This document shows positions 38,168 through 47,686 of a stretch of 64,000 nucleotides of DNA, piece after piece. Numbering within the stretch: position 1 is the stretch's first letter; each line of letters opens with the position of its first letter. The notes beneath the pieces were generated by a model, which ran no database searches, was not told the origin of the DNA, and was given only the letters and a program-made list of their open reading frames with translations. Source of the stretch: a virus (lineage: Duplodnaviria > Caudoviricetes); the IMG/VR virus record IMGVR_UViG_3300010882_000012; one strand, 5' to 3'. Both the position numbers and the translations under genes were made by a program.

Positions 38168-38584
38168 TTAGTTATTATAGTATTTAAAATTTACTCGAGG
38201 ACAAACATCACAAAGAAAAGTCCTGCCCATATTACACTTAATAAAAGAATTGTATTCACATCCTTTTGATCTTTTCTTTCCTTTGATATCTGGTAATCCA
38301 GATTCCCCATCTCTATCAAACCAAGTTGTCAACTCATAATATTGATATGGTTCTTCATTAGGACCTGCAAAGTATTCAAAGTAAACATCTTTATTATCAT
38401 CTCTATTTTGTGACTCACATGCTATCTGTTCACAAAAATCTTCACCATAACAATAAAAAACACAAAGACCTTTACAAGGTACATTAAAGTGATGTTCTGT
38501 AATAATAATTTTTCCCCAATTTTCTGTTTCTATGATAGAGCCTATTGCTAAGTCGTAATATTCTAGATTTTTCATTTTAGACAT
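38168..38584 (-). CDS. Cys-rich RxDxxxVxF family paralog
   Basis: CEQIACESQNRDDNKDVYF. Confidence 0.75.
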   Translation of the reverse strand: MSKMKNLEYYDLAIGSIIETENWGKIIITEHHFNVPCKGLCVFYCYGEDFCEQIACESQNRDDNKDVYFEYFAGPNEEPYQYYELTTWFDRDGESGLPDIKGKKRSKGCEYNSFIKCNMGRTFLCDVCPRVNFKYYNN

Positions 38585-38596
38585 CTCTTTTTAATT

Positions 38597-38622
38597 TAAT
38601 ATGATAAACTTTCAAAAAGTTT
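38597..38622 (-). promoter_or_regulatory. Class-2 motif
   Basis: AAACTTTTT-N11-ATATTA. Confidence 0.5.
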
Positions 38623-38652
38623 TAATTTTCCAATAGTAAAGAGAAGATTTTT

Positions 38653-38964
38653 CTAGAACAATTCAAAATTACATTTAGGATTTTCACAATATTTACAAGC
38701 ATGAAAATTTTCACAATTTTGATTATCTTTTCGGATATGATCGAAAAGTACTGCTTTAAAATCTACAGCATAATTACAGTGTTCAAAACAAGGCGCGTTT
38801 TCTAAAGTACAATTGATTACTTCTTCTACTACCATTTTTTCTGCAACATAGTTAGTTACAGTTTTTCTTTCCCGATAAGGACAAAGTGTTAAGTGTTGGT
38901 CTATTGCAAGTTTCGCAATTTTTGAAATCTTTTCTTTCAATAGATTACCATTTTCTACTTCCAT
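38653..38964 (-). CDS. Cys-rich hypothetical protein
   Basis: Tiled ORF. Confidence 0.7.
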   Translation of the reverse strand: MEVENGNLLKEKISKIAKLAIDQHLTLCPYRERKTVTNYVAEKMVVEEVINCTLENAPCFEHCNYAVDFKAVLFDHIRKDNQNCENFHACKYCENPKCNFELF

Positions 38965-38988
38965 TCTTTTGTTATTAATTTCTATTAT

Positions 38989-39621
38989 TTATTCCAACCT
39001 TTTAACTCTGTACCATATTTGCCATTTTCTATTATAGTCTGAACCACTATGTAAATGCTTTGTTAATTTTAATCCGGTTGCAACAATTTCTTTTTCATTT
39101 TGAATATAAATAGAACCTTTTGGAATTATTGCCTCATAAATTCTGTGAGGAAACCAAAGATGTGCTTTTTTATAATCTTCTTTAATAATGTCTTCTATTG
39201 TATTATAAGCATGTAAACCAGATTCAATAGTTGCTTCTACTCTTAAATCATCCACATTAAGATTTTTGCCTACAAGTTTGGCTTCTTTAAAAGAACTATC
39301 AAGTGCCATATTAAGAACTTTCATTTTTACAAAAGCTTTTTCTTCATCTAATTTTGATTTATCATTAGGTATGCAATTAGGACAATTAATTGATTCTTGT
39401 ATCTTAATAGATTTTTGATCATTTTCTAAAGACCATGTTTGAATCTCACACCAAATACTTGAAAATCTTATTTTACCTACTCTGTATCCGCTTCCAGGAT
39501 AATAAGGTCCTTGTAATTTTTCACCTTTTGGATTGTTCGCCACATACTCAATTACTTTGTAACATTTGATATCTTCTGTAGCAATTTTAAATCTTGAATT
39601 TTCTCTTATTGTAAAGCACAT
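38989..39621 (-). CDS. MC-family paralog 1
   Basis: MCF..EDIKCYK..GLHAY..IPKG..EIV. Confidence 0.85.
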   Translation of the reverse strand: MCFTIRENSRFKIATEDIKCYKVIEYVANNPKGEKLQGPYYPGSGYRVGKIRFSSIWCEIQTWSLENDQKSIKIQESINCPNCIPNDKSKLDEEKAFVKMKVLNMALDSSFKEAKLVGKNLNVDDLRVEATIESGLHAYNTIEDIIKEDYKKAHLWFPHRIYEAIIPKGSIYIQNEKEIVATGLKLTKHLHSGSDYNRKWQIWYRVKRLE

Positions 39622-39632
39622 AATATTTTGTT

Positions 39633-40211
39633 TTAAATTTCTTTAATTGGTATCATTTTTGTTGCTGCAATTTCTTTTCTACAAGTAACATAAAGTGCTC
39701 CTTTTGGAATAATACATTCTACTACAACAAAGAAAAAACTAAGTTTTTGAGAAATAGTACATTCTTTCCGTAATTTAGTTTTTCTCCTGTTTGCTTTCCA
39801 CTTTTTCGTAAATCCATGTAAACCGTCCATTACTGCAACATCTTCGAAAAAATCATTCCAAATTGATTCTTTATCAAAATAACGGTCAACTCTAATATTA
39901 TCCTCAAACTTAATTTCACCTTTATTTTTCCAACCTTCACATTTAAAAGTCCTTAATTCTTCATCATAAATGAAAGTTACTGCATCACAAATAAAACCAT
40001 TTAAATATCTTTGCTCTTTACCAAAACTCAATTTAAGATTAGAATTTTTAATATAACCTAAATCCCATTCTTCATCAAAATAAGGCGAAAAATATCCATT
40101 TTTTACTATACCAAAATCATTAAGATCACAAACGCGTTTAAAAACTTTGTAGCAAATAATATCTTCAGTTGCTATCTTAATTTTAGTTCTCTTTTTACAG
40201 TTTAAGCACAT
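39633..40211 (-). CDS. MC-family paralog 2
   Basis: MCL..EDIICYK..SPY..GLHGF..IPKG. Confidence 0.85.
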   Translation of the reverse strand: MCLNCKKRTKIKIATEDIICYKVFKRVCDLNDFGIVKNGYFSPYFDEEWDLGYIKNSNLKLSFGKEQRYLNGFICDAVTFIYDEELRTFKCEGWKNKGEIKFEDNIRVDRYFDKESIWNDFFEDVAVMDGLHGFTKKWKANRRKTKLRKECTISQKLSFFFVVVECIIPKGALYVTCRKEIAATKMIPIKEI

Positions 40212-40212
40212 G

Positions 40213-40300
40213 TTAAAGTTGTTTAATTAATTTTAATTTTGTTGTTACTATTTTACTTTTTCTTTCAATATAAAGTTCTTTCTGTTACAATTAAGCACAT
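40213..40300 (-). pseudogene. internally deleted MC-family remnant
   Basis: MCLIVTERT joined out of frame to LYIERKSKIVTTKLKLIKQL*. Confidence 0.6.
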
Positions 40301-40503
40301 TATTTTCTTTTCTTTTTCTTATTCTTCATATACCAATCATCAAGTCTATTAAAATGAGCTTCATTCTTAAAACATGTCAAATTCAAATCTTGACAAAGAT
40401 TATATGCACTAAAATTATGATCGGAATATTTTGTTTTCTTCCAATGACAATCTCTTTCAATATAGCACTTTTTACATTTTGTTTGATTTAAAATTCTAAT
40501 CAT
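40300..40503 (-). CDS. small Cys-rich protein
   Basis: Tiled ORF. Confidence 0.65.
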   Translation of the reverse strand: MIRILNQTKCKKCYIERDCHWKKTKYSDHNFSAYNLCQDLNLTCFKNEAHFNRLDDWYMKNKKKKRK

Positions 40504-40629
40504 TTGAATAGAAAGAAAAATTAAAGCACATATTGATCCGATTATTAAGAATCCACAAATATAGGCTCCTATTTTATTTGCTAAATCAATTCCAGATAAT
40601 TCAATTGAACATTATAATAATATTATCTC

Positions 40630-40971
40630 TTAATAATATTTTTCAAATATTCGGCACTTTTCTCCATCTGTGCCATTTGTATCATCACCTTTAAGACAAC
40701 AAAATCCTTCATAATCACCAGTATGTGATGGTGTATCAAAGTGTATACATTTTTTACAATTCTTTTGTTTTCTTTTTTCTTCTTTTTCCATGAATCTTAA
40801 TTGCTTTCCATAACCTGGCCAATATTTTAAAAGAAACATGATAACCTTAGGTATTGATCCGGAAACTAATTTTCCTTCAGGGTGTTTACTAGCAAATTTG
40901 ATTACATCATTGTAAAAAATTTGTTCAGAAGTTTTATTCTCTGCTAAGAAAGTAATTAAATAGTGTGTCAT
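40630..40971 (-). CDS. hypothetical protein, Cys-rich C-terminus
   Basis: CKKCIHF. Confidence 0.7.
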   Translation of the reverse strand: MTHYLITFLAENKTSEQIFYNDVIKFASKHPEGKLVSGSIPKVIMFLLKYWPGYGKQLRFMEKEEKRKQKNCKKCIHFDTPSHTGDYEGFCCLKGDDTNGTDGEKCRIFEKYY

Positions 40972-41008
40972 TATCTGATGTGTTTTAAATTATCTGATGT
41001 GTTTTAAA
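40971..41008. repeat. 19-bp perfect tandem duplication
   Basis: TTATCTGATGTGTTTTAAA x2. Confidence 0.9.
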
Positions 41009-41220
41009 TAGTTCCATTTTCTGATCATTATAATCATTGAAATTAAATTAAATATTGGTACAAAAGCCATTACAATAAAAACGGGTTTTACCCATCCTTT
41101 CAACGTCATCGTTTTCGCAGCTTTGCTAATTCCTTCTGGTTTTATGAACATGAAAAGAAAAGTCAAAAATAATGCAATTAAGTAAACTGTCAATAAGAAA
41201 AATCCAATTAATCCTGCCAT
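40990..41220 (-). CDS. small membrane protein
   Basis: Hydrophobic; FVPIFN. Confidence 0.7.
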   Translation of the reverse strand: MAGLIGFFLLTVYLIALFLTFLFMFIKPEGISKAAKTMTLKGWVKPVFIVMAFVPIFNLISMIIMIRKWNYLKHIR

Positions 41221-41223
41221 ATT

Positions 41224-41460
41224 TTAGTTTGTTTCTTGTTTTTCAAGTAGCACATAGCAAAATGAATATGCATCTTTTCTTGCTTCACACTGTCCTATTG
41301 TTCCTGGAGAATTTATTGCTGCACAAGCACTCATGGATTTTACAATCCATCCATTATTCAATAATTGAGATAAAGTATCAAAATCTCTTTCTTCTACTCT
41401 AAGTATTTTTTGTACTATTCTTGATTCTTTTAGTTTTTCTTTTTCCATTTTAATTTTCAA
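41224..41460 (-). CDS. hypothetical protein
   Basis: LLNNGWIV. Confidence 0.65.
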   Translation of the reverse strand: MKIKMEKEKLKESRIVQKILRVEERDFDTLSQLLNNGWIVKSMSACAAINSPGTIGQCEARKDAYSFCYVLLEKQETN

Positions 41461-41824
41461 TTAAAATTCCTGGTATTACTTTTAGTTCTTCAAAAATTTT
41501 ATCTGCATGTTCTTCATCCTCTATGAAATATCCTTGTCTCACTCCATAGGTTTGCAAACTTGTTTTATAATCTTTCCATTTTATCCAAGCATTAATTACT
41601 CGTTGTGCTTCCTTCTCTTCTATAATTGAAATATTTTTACTCGGCATTACAACTGTAACTGAACTAAATGAAAATTTAACATAATTAGCTGGCCCTACTT
41701 CTGAAAATTTCATGTTAGGATTTAAAGTCTTATTATTGAAAGTTTCAATTCTTTCAATTTTGTCAAGGTCGATATAATCACTAATCTGACCTTCACTGTT
41801 TTTAATTGTTAAAATCTGTTTCAT
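41450..41824 (-). CDS. hypothetical protein
   Basis: Start corrected to MKQIL. Confidence 0.7.
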   Translation of the reverse strand: MKQILTIKNSEGQISDYIDLDKIERIETFNNKTLNPNMKFSEVGPANYVKFSFSSVTVVMPSKNISIIEEKEAQRVINAWIKWKDYKTSLQTYGVRQGYFIEDEEHADKIFEELKVIPGILIEN

Positions 41825-41834
41825 ATTTTCTGTT

Positions 41835-42170
41835 TTAAAAATTGAATGTTGCAAAAAGTGGCATTTTACCATAACATGAATTCATTATCATTTTGTAATA
41901 TCCAATTTTTGCTTTTTGTTGTCTAAGTGTAACTTTTTGTGCAATGATAGTCATTAGGTCATCTACATTAGAATTTGGATGTACTGTAATTTCTCCATAA
42001 GAAATATCATCAAACCTAATTTCAACTTTAATAGATTTCTTTTCGGAAGTTGATTCAAGTCTCATCCTTCTTACTATATCATCCCATCTTTCTTTGTCAT
42101 CCTTTTGAAAACTTGCTTCATAACTTTTCGGAGTTCTACAAATACCACCGTAAATTCTTAATGTTGTCAT
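41835..42170 (-). CDS. hypothetical protein ending in PolB motif-B-like KxxxNSxYGK
   Basis: YYKMIMNSCYGK. Confidence 0.7.
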   Translation of the reverse strand: MTTLRIYGGICRTPKSYEASFQKDDKERWDDIVRRMRLESTSEKKSIKVEIRFDDISYGEITVHPNSNVDDLMTIIAQKVTLRQQKAKIGYYKMIMNSCYGKMPLFATFNF

Positions 42171-42184
42171 TATTTTTTAATTTT

Positions 42185-42718
42185 TTATTCTAATTCTTTT
42201 ATTAATTGTATTTTACTTGCTGCTATTAAAAATCCTTTTTGTACTATAATAGAACCTTTTGGAATTACACATTCGCATACAACAAAATGATTCCAGGAAT
42301 AACAACGGGGAATAATTGTATAATTCATCATCCATTTAGCACGCCAAATTTTAGTACAAGCATGTAATCCTTCATTAATTTCAATTTGGCTTAATTTTTT
42401 ATTAGTCAAACTTCTATTATTAGGATGTAAAAATGTAATGGCTTTTTGTTCTCCTTTTGATTCATCAAAAATAGTAGAAAGTTTAATTTTTTCTAATATA
42501 TCCCTCTTGTAACCTTTATCATGAAAAAATTCTAAAACTACTTCTGAAGATTTTTCTTCACCTAATTGCCAATTTGTCATAGTATACCAAGGTGAAATAT
42601 ATTCAAATTTTGATTCAGCACCAAGAACATGCTTTTCTCTTTTAAGAAAAATTTTAAAAACTTTAATATCTTCCTTTGCTATTTGAATTTTAGTTCTTTT
42701 CTTTATTACTAAGCACAT
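42185..42718 (-). CDS. MC-family paralog 3
   Basis: MCL..EDIKVFK..SPWY..GLHAC..IPKG. Confidence 0.85.
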   Translation of the reverse strand: MCLVIKKRTKIQIAKEDIKVFKIFLKREKHVLGAESKFEYISPWYTMTNWQLGEEKSSEVVLEFFHDKGYKRDILEKIKLSTIFDESKGEQKAITFLHPNNRSLTNKKLSQIEINEGLHACTKIWRAKWMMNYTIIPRCYSWNHFVVCECVIPKGSIIVQKGFLIAASKIQLIKELE

Positions 42719-42729
42719 ATTGTTAATTT

Positions 42730-42918
42730 TTAAATTGTAAAACGATATTCTATTAATTCATCTGTTCTTACTCTTCCTTTAGGATGTTTCTTTGTATATT
42801 TGCGATAATTTTTATCATCTAACTTTTTATGAATTTCAAAGTTTGAAAATAACAAAAAACTTAGAACAATTTTAACAAAAAGTAAAACTGTAATTAGTTT
42901 CTTTTTATCTTTTCCCAT
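42730..42918 (-). CDS. small membrane-anchored protein
   Basis: One TM segment. Confidence 0.5.
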   Translation of the reverse strand: MGKDKKKLITVLLFVKIVLSFLLFSNFEIHKKLDDKNYRKYTKKHPKGRVRTDELIEYRFTI

Positions 42919-42931
42919 TTTTCTTTTTGAT

Positions 42932-43381
42932 TTAATTATCTTTTGCATCAATTAATTTAAACATTTGCTGAATACGATATTTAAGACCTTCATAATCCGA
43001 TCTGTTTAATTTTTTCAACTCCCTACAATTTTGTTTTACAACATCCATTAATCTTGTAATACTTTTTTGACGTTCAGAAACTCGCATATTTTGAACCATC
43101 TTAAGATTTAAAGAACCATAAACATAACAAACAATTGGCTCTTTTGAAAATAGATCTTTTTCTGTAACAGTTAAAAAATCGTCTCCATTATAAGGAACTT
43201 TAATTGTGAATGTACTATAGTTGTTGTTCTTGTAAATATTTTTTTCTAATAACGTAATTTCCAATTCTTTATTATGAAGATTGGGATTTTTAATTCCCTC
43301 AATTTCAAGAGACTCAATAGTATTGGCTGGTGTTAAAAAATGGATTTTATCTCCTATTTTTAGTTGGCAAAATTTCTTCAT
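42932..43381 (-). CDS. hypothetical protein
   Basis: Tiled ORF. Confidence 0.75.
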   Translation of the reverse strand: MKKFCQLKIGDKIHFLTPANTIESLEIEGIKNPNLHNKELEITLLEKNIYKNNNYSTFTIKVPYNGDDFLTVTEKDLFSKEPIVCYVYGSLNLKMVQNMRVSERQKSITRLMDVVKQNCRELKKLNRSDYEGLKYRIQQMFKLIDAKDN

Positions 43382-44036
43382 ATAGTTCTAAGTTTTCGAT
43401 TAATTTTAATTGATTGGTTACTACTTCACTTCCATTTTTAACTATTATAGAACCAGCTGGAATAATACCTCGATATAGTTTAAAAGTTCCTTGATATTCT
43501 TTTTCTATTCTTAGATTCCATTCTTTGCAAAGATGTCTTGCCCAACTTTCTTCAACAAAAGCATGTAGTCCTTGATTAATTGCAATACTTTCTAATTTTG
43601 AAGAAACAGACTTTAAAGTTTTTAATCCACTAACATCATTCTTTGATGGTACTTCATCTCCAAAACTTTCTATTGTGTATTCCAATTTGTGAAAGTGTTT
43701 GTTCATGATTTCTTCTAAATTCAATCCGGCTTCATTTTTATCAAGTTGAACTGTTTTAGAAAAGTACTTGTAACTAAAAGTTGTTGGTCCTTCAGGTGGA
43801 TCTTTATGATTACATGTAGATTCTTCTAAAACATGGATGTAATAGGCAATTAATTTTGAATTTCTAACCTTATTTAATTTCCAACAAAATAATGGTTTTC
43901 TATGTGCTGGTGAAACTATTAATTTCTTTCCTTCTTTACCAATATGAAAATCATCAATTTCTTGAACTATTTTAAAAACTTCTCTATCTTGATCCAACAA
44001 AATTACTTTTGTTTCTCTATTACAATCTAAGCACAT
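43347..44036 (-). CDS. MC-family paralog 4
   Basis: MCL..QDREVFK..SP..GLHAF..IPAG..EVV. Confidence 0.85.
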   Translation of the reverse strand: MCLDCNRETKVILLDQDREVFKIVQEIDDFHIGKEGKKLIVSPAHRKPLFCWKLNKVRNSKLIAYYIHVLEESTCNHKDPPEGPTTFSYKYFSKTVQLDKNEAGLNLEEIMNKHFHKLEYTIESFGDEVPSKNDVSGLKTLKSVSSKLESIAINQGLHAFVEESWARHLCKEWNLRIEKEYQGTFKLYRGIIPAGSIIVKNGSEVVTNQLKLIENLELYEEILPTKNRR

Positions 44037-44048
44037 ATTACGAATTTT

Positions 44049-44588
44049 TTAATTTTTACAATCGTTAATATAATCAACATATTGTTTTTCATGTACACCT
44101 ACTATTTTTAATTTTGATGAAACGTAATCTCCTTTTTCATTTCTAATAAAAACAGCACCTTTTGGAATAATAGCATCAAAGAAAACATCACTACTATCAG
44201 TACACATTAAGTCTGATACTCTTTTAAAAGTATCTGAAGAATGAATTCCATCTCTTACCAACTTTCGACATACTTTTGACAAATGTTCATTTGCTAATTT
44301 GACACCCGTTTTAGTAGCTATAACCCGATAAATCCTTTGAAAACCTACTACATCTTTATTCTTTTGCCAATCATCATCATCCTTAAAGTGACTAACACGA
44401 ATTTCAGCTTTATTAGTACTTCCCAATTTCCATGATGTTCCTCTATAAACGGGAGAATACAAAATTTCATGTTCTGAAACCGGAGCTTTTAAAAAAGAAC
44501 ACCATGTTTCTCGAACTAAAAGTTTAACAACCGGAATATCTTCTATTGCGATTTGAAATTTGCTTGATTCTGAAAGTAATAGACACAT
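44049..44588 (-). CDS. MC-family paralog 5
   Basis: MCL..EDIPVVK..SPVY..GIHS..IPKG. Confidence 0.85.
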   Translation of the reverse strand: MCLLLSESSKFQIAIEDIPVVKLLVRETWCSFLKAPVSEHEILYSPVYRGTSWKLGSTNKAEIRVSHFKDDDDWQKNKDVVGFQRIYRVIATKTGVKLANEHLSKVCRKLVRDGIHSSDTFKRVSDLMCTDSSDVFFDAIIPKGAVFIRNEKGDYVSSKLKIVGVHEKQYVDYINDCKN

Positions 44589-44589
44589 C

Positions 44590-44907
44590 TTAATTTCTCC
44601 TATTATTAATTGTTGTTAAATTTGTTACAGTCCATATATGAATATCTTCCTCTATACAATCGCGGCTTTTTTCATTAAGCAATATTGTAATCTGTTTTCT
44701 TAAAACTTCAAGTAATTCATGTTCAACATATTTTGAACTACATGTAACCGTAATTTCAAATCTTCCATTTGGATAATTGCCTGAACACAAGTAACAAAAT
44801 TGTGATGGTTTTCCAAGTTGTACCGTTGTTCCTAAAATAATAAAATTAAGAAAAGAAAACAACGTAGCAAAACTAACTAAAATTATCATAACTGTAAAAA
44901 AGTTCAT
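44590..44907 (-). CDS. membrane-anchored hypothetical protein
   Basis: N-terminal TM segment. Confidence 0.7.
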   Translation of the reverse strand: MNFFTVMIILVSFATLFSFLNFIILGTTVQLGKPSQFCYLCSGNYPNGRFEITVTCSSKYVEHELLEVLRKQITILLNEKSRDCIEEDIHIWTVTNLTTINNRRN

Positions 44908-44926
44908 ATTTCTAAAATTTTAAGGT

Positions 44927-45159
44927 TTAACATTTTAAGCATCCAGAACCACTATAATTTCCACAACTATGGTAAGTAATTCCTAAGTAATTTTCATAAT
45001 AATCATTACAACATCCAGAACAATTTTCTTCTTCATCTTCATTTTCTAAATCTCTTACCGGTTTTACAGATTCTTTACATTTTGGACAATAAAAAAGTTG
45101 GTGCAATTTCATTATTAAGTTCAGTACCACACATTGGACAAAAGTACAATTTTTTTCAT
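44927..45159 (-). pseudogene. double Zn-ribbon gene broken by two homopolymer +1 insertions (or sequencing errors)
   Basis: Removing one base from each run gives MKKLYFCPMCGTELNNEIAPTFYCPKCKES. Confidence 0.55.
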
Positions 45160-45181
45160 ATCTTTAAATTTTGATTGATTA

Positions 45182-45592
45182 CTAAATTTCAATTGTTTCC
45201 ATACACCAAATTCTAATATCAGGACAACGATCAAGATCGAAAATTAACCTTTTACGATTTCTGTTTACATCATAACCTTGAAATTCATGATAATCTTCTA
45301 TGAAATATCCGGCATATTGAAAATTAGTACGATTAAGTCCATTGTAAACAGCAAGTAAAAATCTGTTAGGTCCTGAAAGTGAATTTTCATACACTTTTTT
45401 ATCCAAAGTATTTTGGTGTACAAAATATTGTGGAAATTCGGTTTTCCATCTACGATAAATCCTTGTTTTAATGTAATCCAAAAACTGAAACCAATTAAGA
45501 TTAGAAACAAAGTCTAATGCTTCTTTTCCTTCGAGATTGATTGCTATTTCATGTTCTTCTGATGTTAACTCTTTGTTGCAAGATTTTTCCAT
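45182..45592 (-). CDS. hypothetical protein
   Basis: First gene after promoter. Confidence 0.75.
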   Translation of the reverse strand: MEKSCNKELTSEEHEIAINLEGKEALDFVSNLNWFQFLDYIKTRIYRRWKTEFPQYFVHQNTLDKKVYENSLSGPNRFLLAVYNGLNRTNFQYAGYFIEDYHEFQGYDVNRNRKRLIFDLDRCPDIRIWCMETIEI

Positions 45593-45616
45593 TTCTGTAA
45601 TTTTGATTTATACTGT

Positions 45617-45673
45617 AAAAATAACATTTTTTTCTTTACTAAAAATCAAAAACAAGAAAAAGTTACTAACAAT
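45617..45673 (-). promoter_or_regulatory. Class-1 promoter
   Basis: Motif plus box. Confidence 0.78.
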
Positions 45674-45740
45674 CTATTGAGCATACAATTCTAATGAATA
45701 CCAATCAATCCCTTCAAATTCATGTTTAATATCTTCCATT

Positions 45741-46073
45741 CTAAAACTTCTTTATTAAAAATCTTTCAAATTTGTTTTTACTTCTTTTAGCTCTTGGTTT
45801 TCTCTTTATTAAGAACTCTTTATCATCATAAAACCAATTTTCAAAAAGTTCTTCTTTTAAAATTAATATCATTAATATAAAAACAAAAATTGCTAAGATA
45901 TTAATAACAGGAATCAAACAAGTAATTAAAACTAAAAGATAAAACCAAATGGGAAATTTAAAATTAATTGTAGTTTTTTCTTTCTTGTTTTCTAATATGA
46001 AACATCTTTTGTAAATCCAAAAGCAAACAATAAAAAGTAGTAGAGTAATTAAAAAGCTAATTAAAAATTTCAT
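45741..46073 (-). CDS. membrane protein
   Basis: TM segments; LIPVIN. Confidence 0.7.
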   Translation of the reverse strand: MKFLISFLITLLLFIVCFWIYKRCFILENKKEKTTINFKFPIWFYLLVLITCLIPVINILAIFVFILMILILKEELFENWFYDDKEFLIKRKPRAKRSKNKFERFLIKKF

Positions 46074-46666
46074 TATTCATCATCTCCTTCCTCTTCTTCG
46101 TCTTCATTAAGGAAAACAATTGTAACTTCAACTATTTCAGTATTTTCATCAATCATTACATAACAATAATAACTTCCATCTCCTATTCCCGATCTTGAAA
46201 CAACACCATGTGGAATTACACCAGCACCAGGTTCCAATAAAGTTATATCACAACAATGACCATACCATTGTTCTTCTAAATTTTCTTCATCTTCATGACC
46301 ACGGTAAAAATTACACTTTTTATCAAAAACTGAACCATCTTTGTAATATTGACTATCAAAAATTCCAGCTTGTCCAGAATCTACACCCACATCAAAATTA
46401 GCAAGTTTCATCTGTAATCCACCTTCGGGACAATTATGTCCATTTGATGCGTTTGTTTTTAAAGACTCAGATAAATGTTTTGCACTAAGAATCCAAATTC
46501 TTTCACCCCAATCTCCATATTCAGCTTTTTCAATTTCAGCTATCCATGTTCCTTTTTTCACATTTTCTAAAACGCCTCTACACCAAACATCTTTAGCATA
46601 ACATGGATCAGAAATATCAAAATTTCCCGACACACATTCAAAAGTTCCTAAGTTAATAGTTTTCAT
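46073..46666 (-). CDS. DUF4241-like protein
   Basis: ISDPCY, GVDSGQAGIFD, SGIGDGSY. Confidence 0.7.
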   Translation of the reverse strand: MKTINLGTFECVSGNFDISDPCYAKDVWCRGVLENVKKGTWIAEIEKAEYGDWGERIWILSAKHLSESLKTNASNGHNCPEGGLQMKLANFDVGVDSGQAGIFDSQYYKDGSVFDKKCNFYRGHEDEENLEEQWYGHCCDITLLEPGAGVIPHGVVSRSGIGDGSYYCYVMIDENTEIVEVTIVFLNEDEEEEGDDE

Positions 46667-46681
46667 TATAATATCAATTTT

Positions 46682-47008
46682 TTAACTGTTTTTAATTTCT
46701 TTAATTCGTTCTCTGACAAGTTCATCAAAATCATCCCAATAAGTAACCGAGTAATAATCTCCAAGTTGCTCTGCGAGAAATTCCATATCATCATTTAATA
46801 ACTCTATTTCAGAATCTTTCAAATCTAAATTCTCTTGCAAGTAATCTTTAGTAATATATGCATATTCACCGATATAAAATTTTTCCATCTCATACTTAAG
46901 TTCTGCAATAAGTGCTTCTCTTTCTTTTGCATCCACAAAATTTTGATCTGCAATTATATTAGTTTTTTGAATGAAATTTAATAATCTTCTCTTTAGTTGT
47001 TGTTCCAT
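46682..47008 (-). CDS. hypothetical protein
   Basis: Tiled ORF. Confidence 0.7.
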   Translation of the reverse strand: MEQQLKRRLLNFIQKTNIIADQNFVDAKEREALIAELKYEMEKFYIGEYAYITKDYLQENLDLKDSEIELLNDDMEFLAEQLGDYYSVTYWDDFDELVRERIKEIKNS

Positions 47009-47020
47009 AATTTTAATTGT

Positions 47021-47314
47021 TTAACGTTCTCTCATCATTTCTAAGTATTCATCCATCATACCGGCTTGCATGTAAGCCTCCATTAAGCTAAATCCGCTCA
47101 TCTGTTTTGCAAATTCCAAATTGTTTCTAGGACAACTGCAATTTGATAATCTTTCTTCTTCTGTTTCAAAGTGACCGATTACTCGACAATATCCATCATC
47201 TGTAATTTCACCAGGAATTAATTCTGCTTGATAACTAGTAGAAAATCTTCCACCTTCACTTTTACCTTTAATGTACTCAAAAACAGTACTTGTGTAATTT
47301 TTTGTTGTATCCAT
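47021..47314 (-). CDS. hypothetical protein
   Basis: Tiled ORF. Confidence 0.7.
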   Translation of the reverse strand: MDTTKNYTSTVFEYIKGKSEGGRFSTSYQAELIPGEITDDGYCRVIGHFETEEERLSNCSCPRNNLEFAKQMSGFSLMEAYMQAGMMDEYLEMMRER

Positions 47315-47327
47315 TTTGTTTTAAATT

Positions 47328-47675
47328 TTAATCAAATGATTGTGATTTTATTTTATCATAGAATCCTTCTTTAAGTAAAAATTCTACAGCTTGTTTAAAA
47401 TTGTGAATTTTCATACAAGCACCAGTACAGGTTTTATCTAACTGTTCTGAAATAGGAGGTATTGTACAAAATCCTTTTACTAATTCTGACTTATCAGTAT
47501 CTGGAAACTCTGCTCTAAAAGTACAAAGTCTTCTATGTGCTTCAATAGCAACTTCCATCATTTGTTCTTCTGCTTTTGCAACAGCTTGATTAACTTGTGA
47601 AAAATGCAAATCATACATAGAATCGATGTATGCTCTTGTATTTTGTGTCCTAGCATTTGATTTAGGTTTTTCCAT
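47328..47675 (-). CDS. hypothetical protein
   Basis: Tiled ORF. Confidence 0.7.
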   Translation of the reverse strand: MEKPKSNARTQNTRAYIDSMYDLHFSQVNQAVAKAEEQMMEVAIEAHRRLCTFRAEFPDTDKSELVKGFCTIPPISEQLDKTCTGACMKIHNFKQAVEFLLKEGFYDKIKSQSFD

Positions 47676-47686
47676 CTTCTTAGTTT

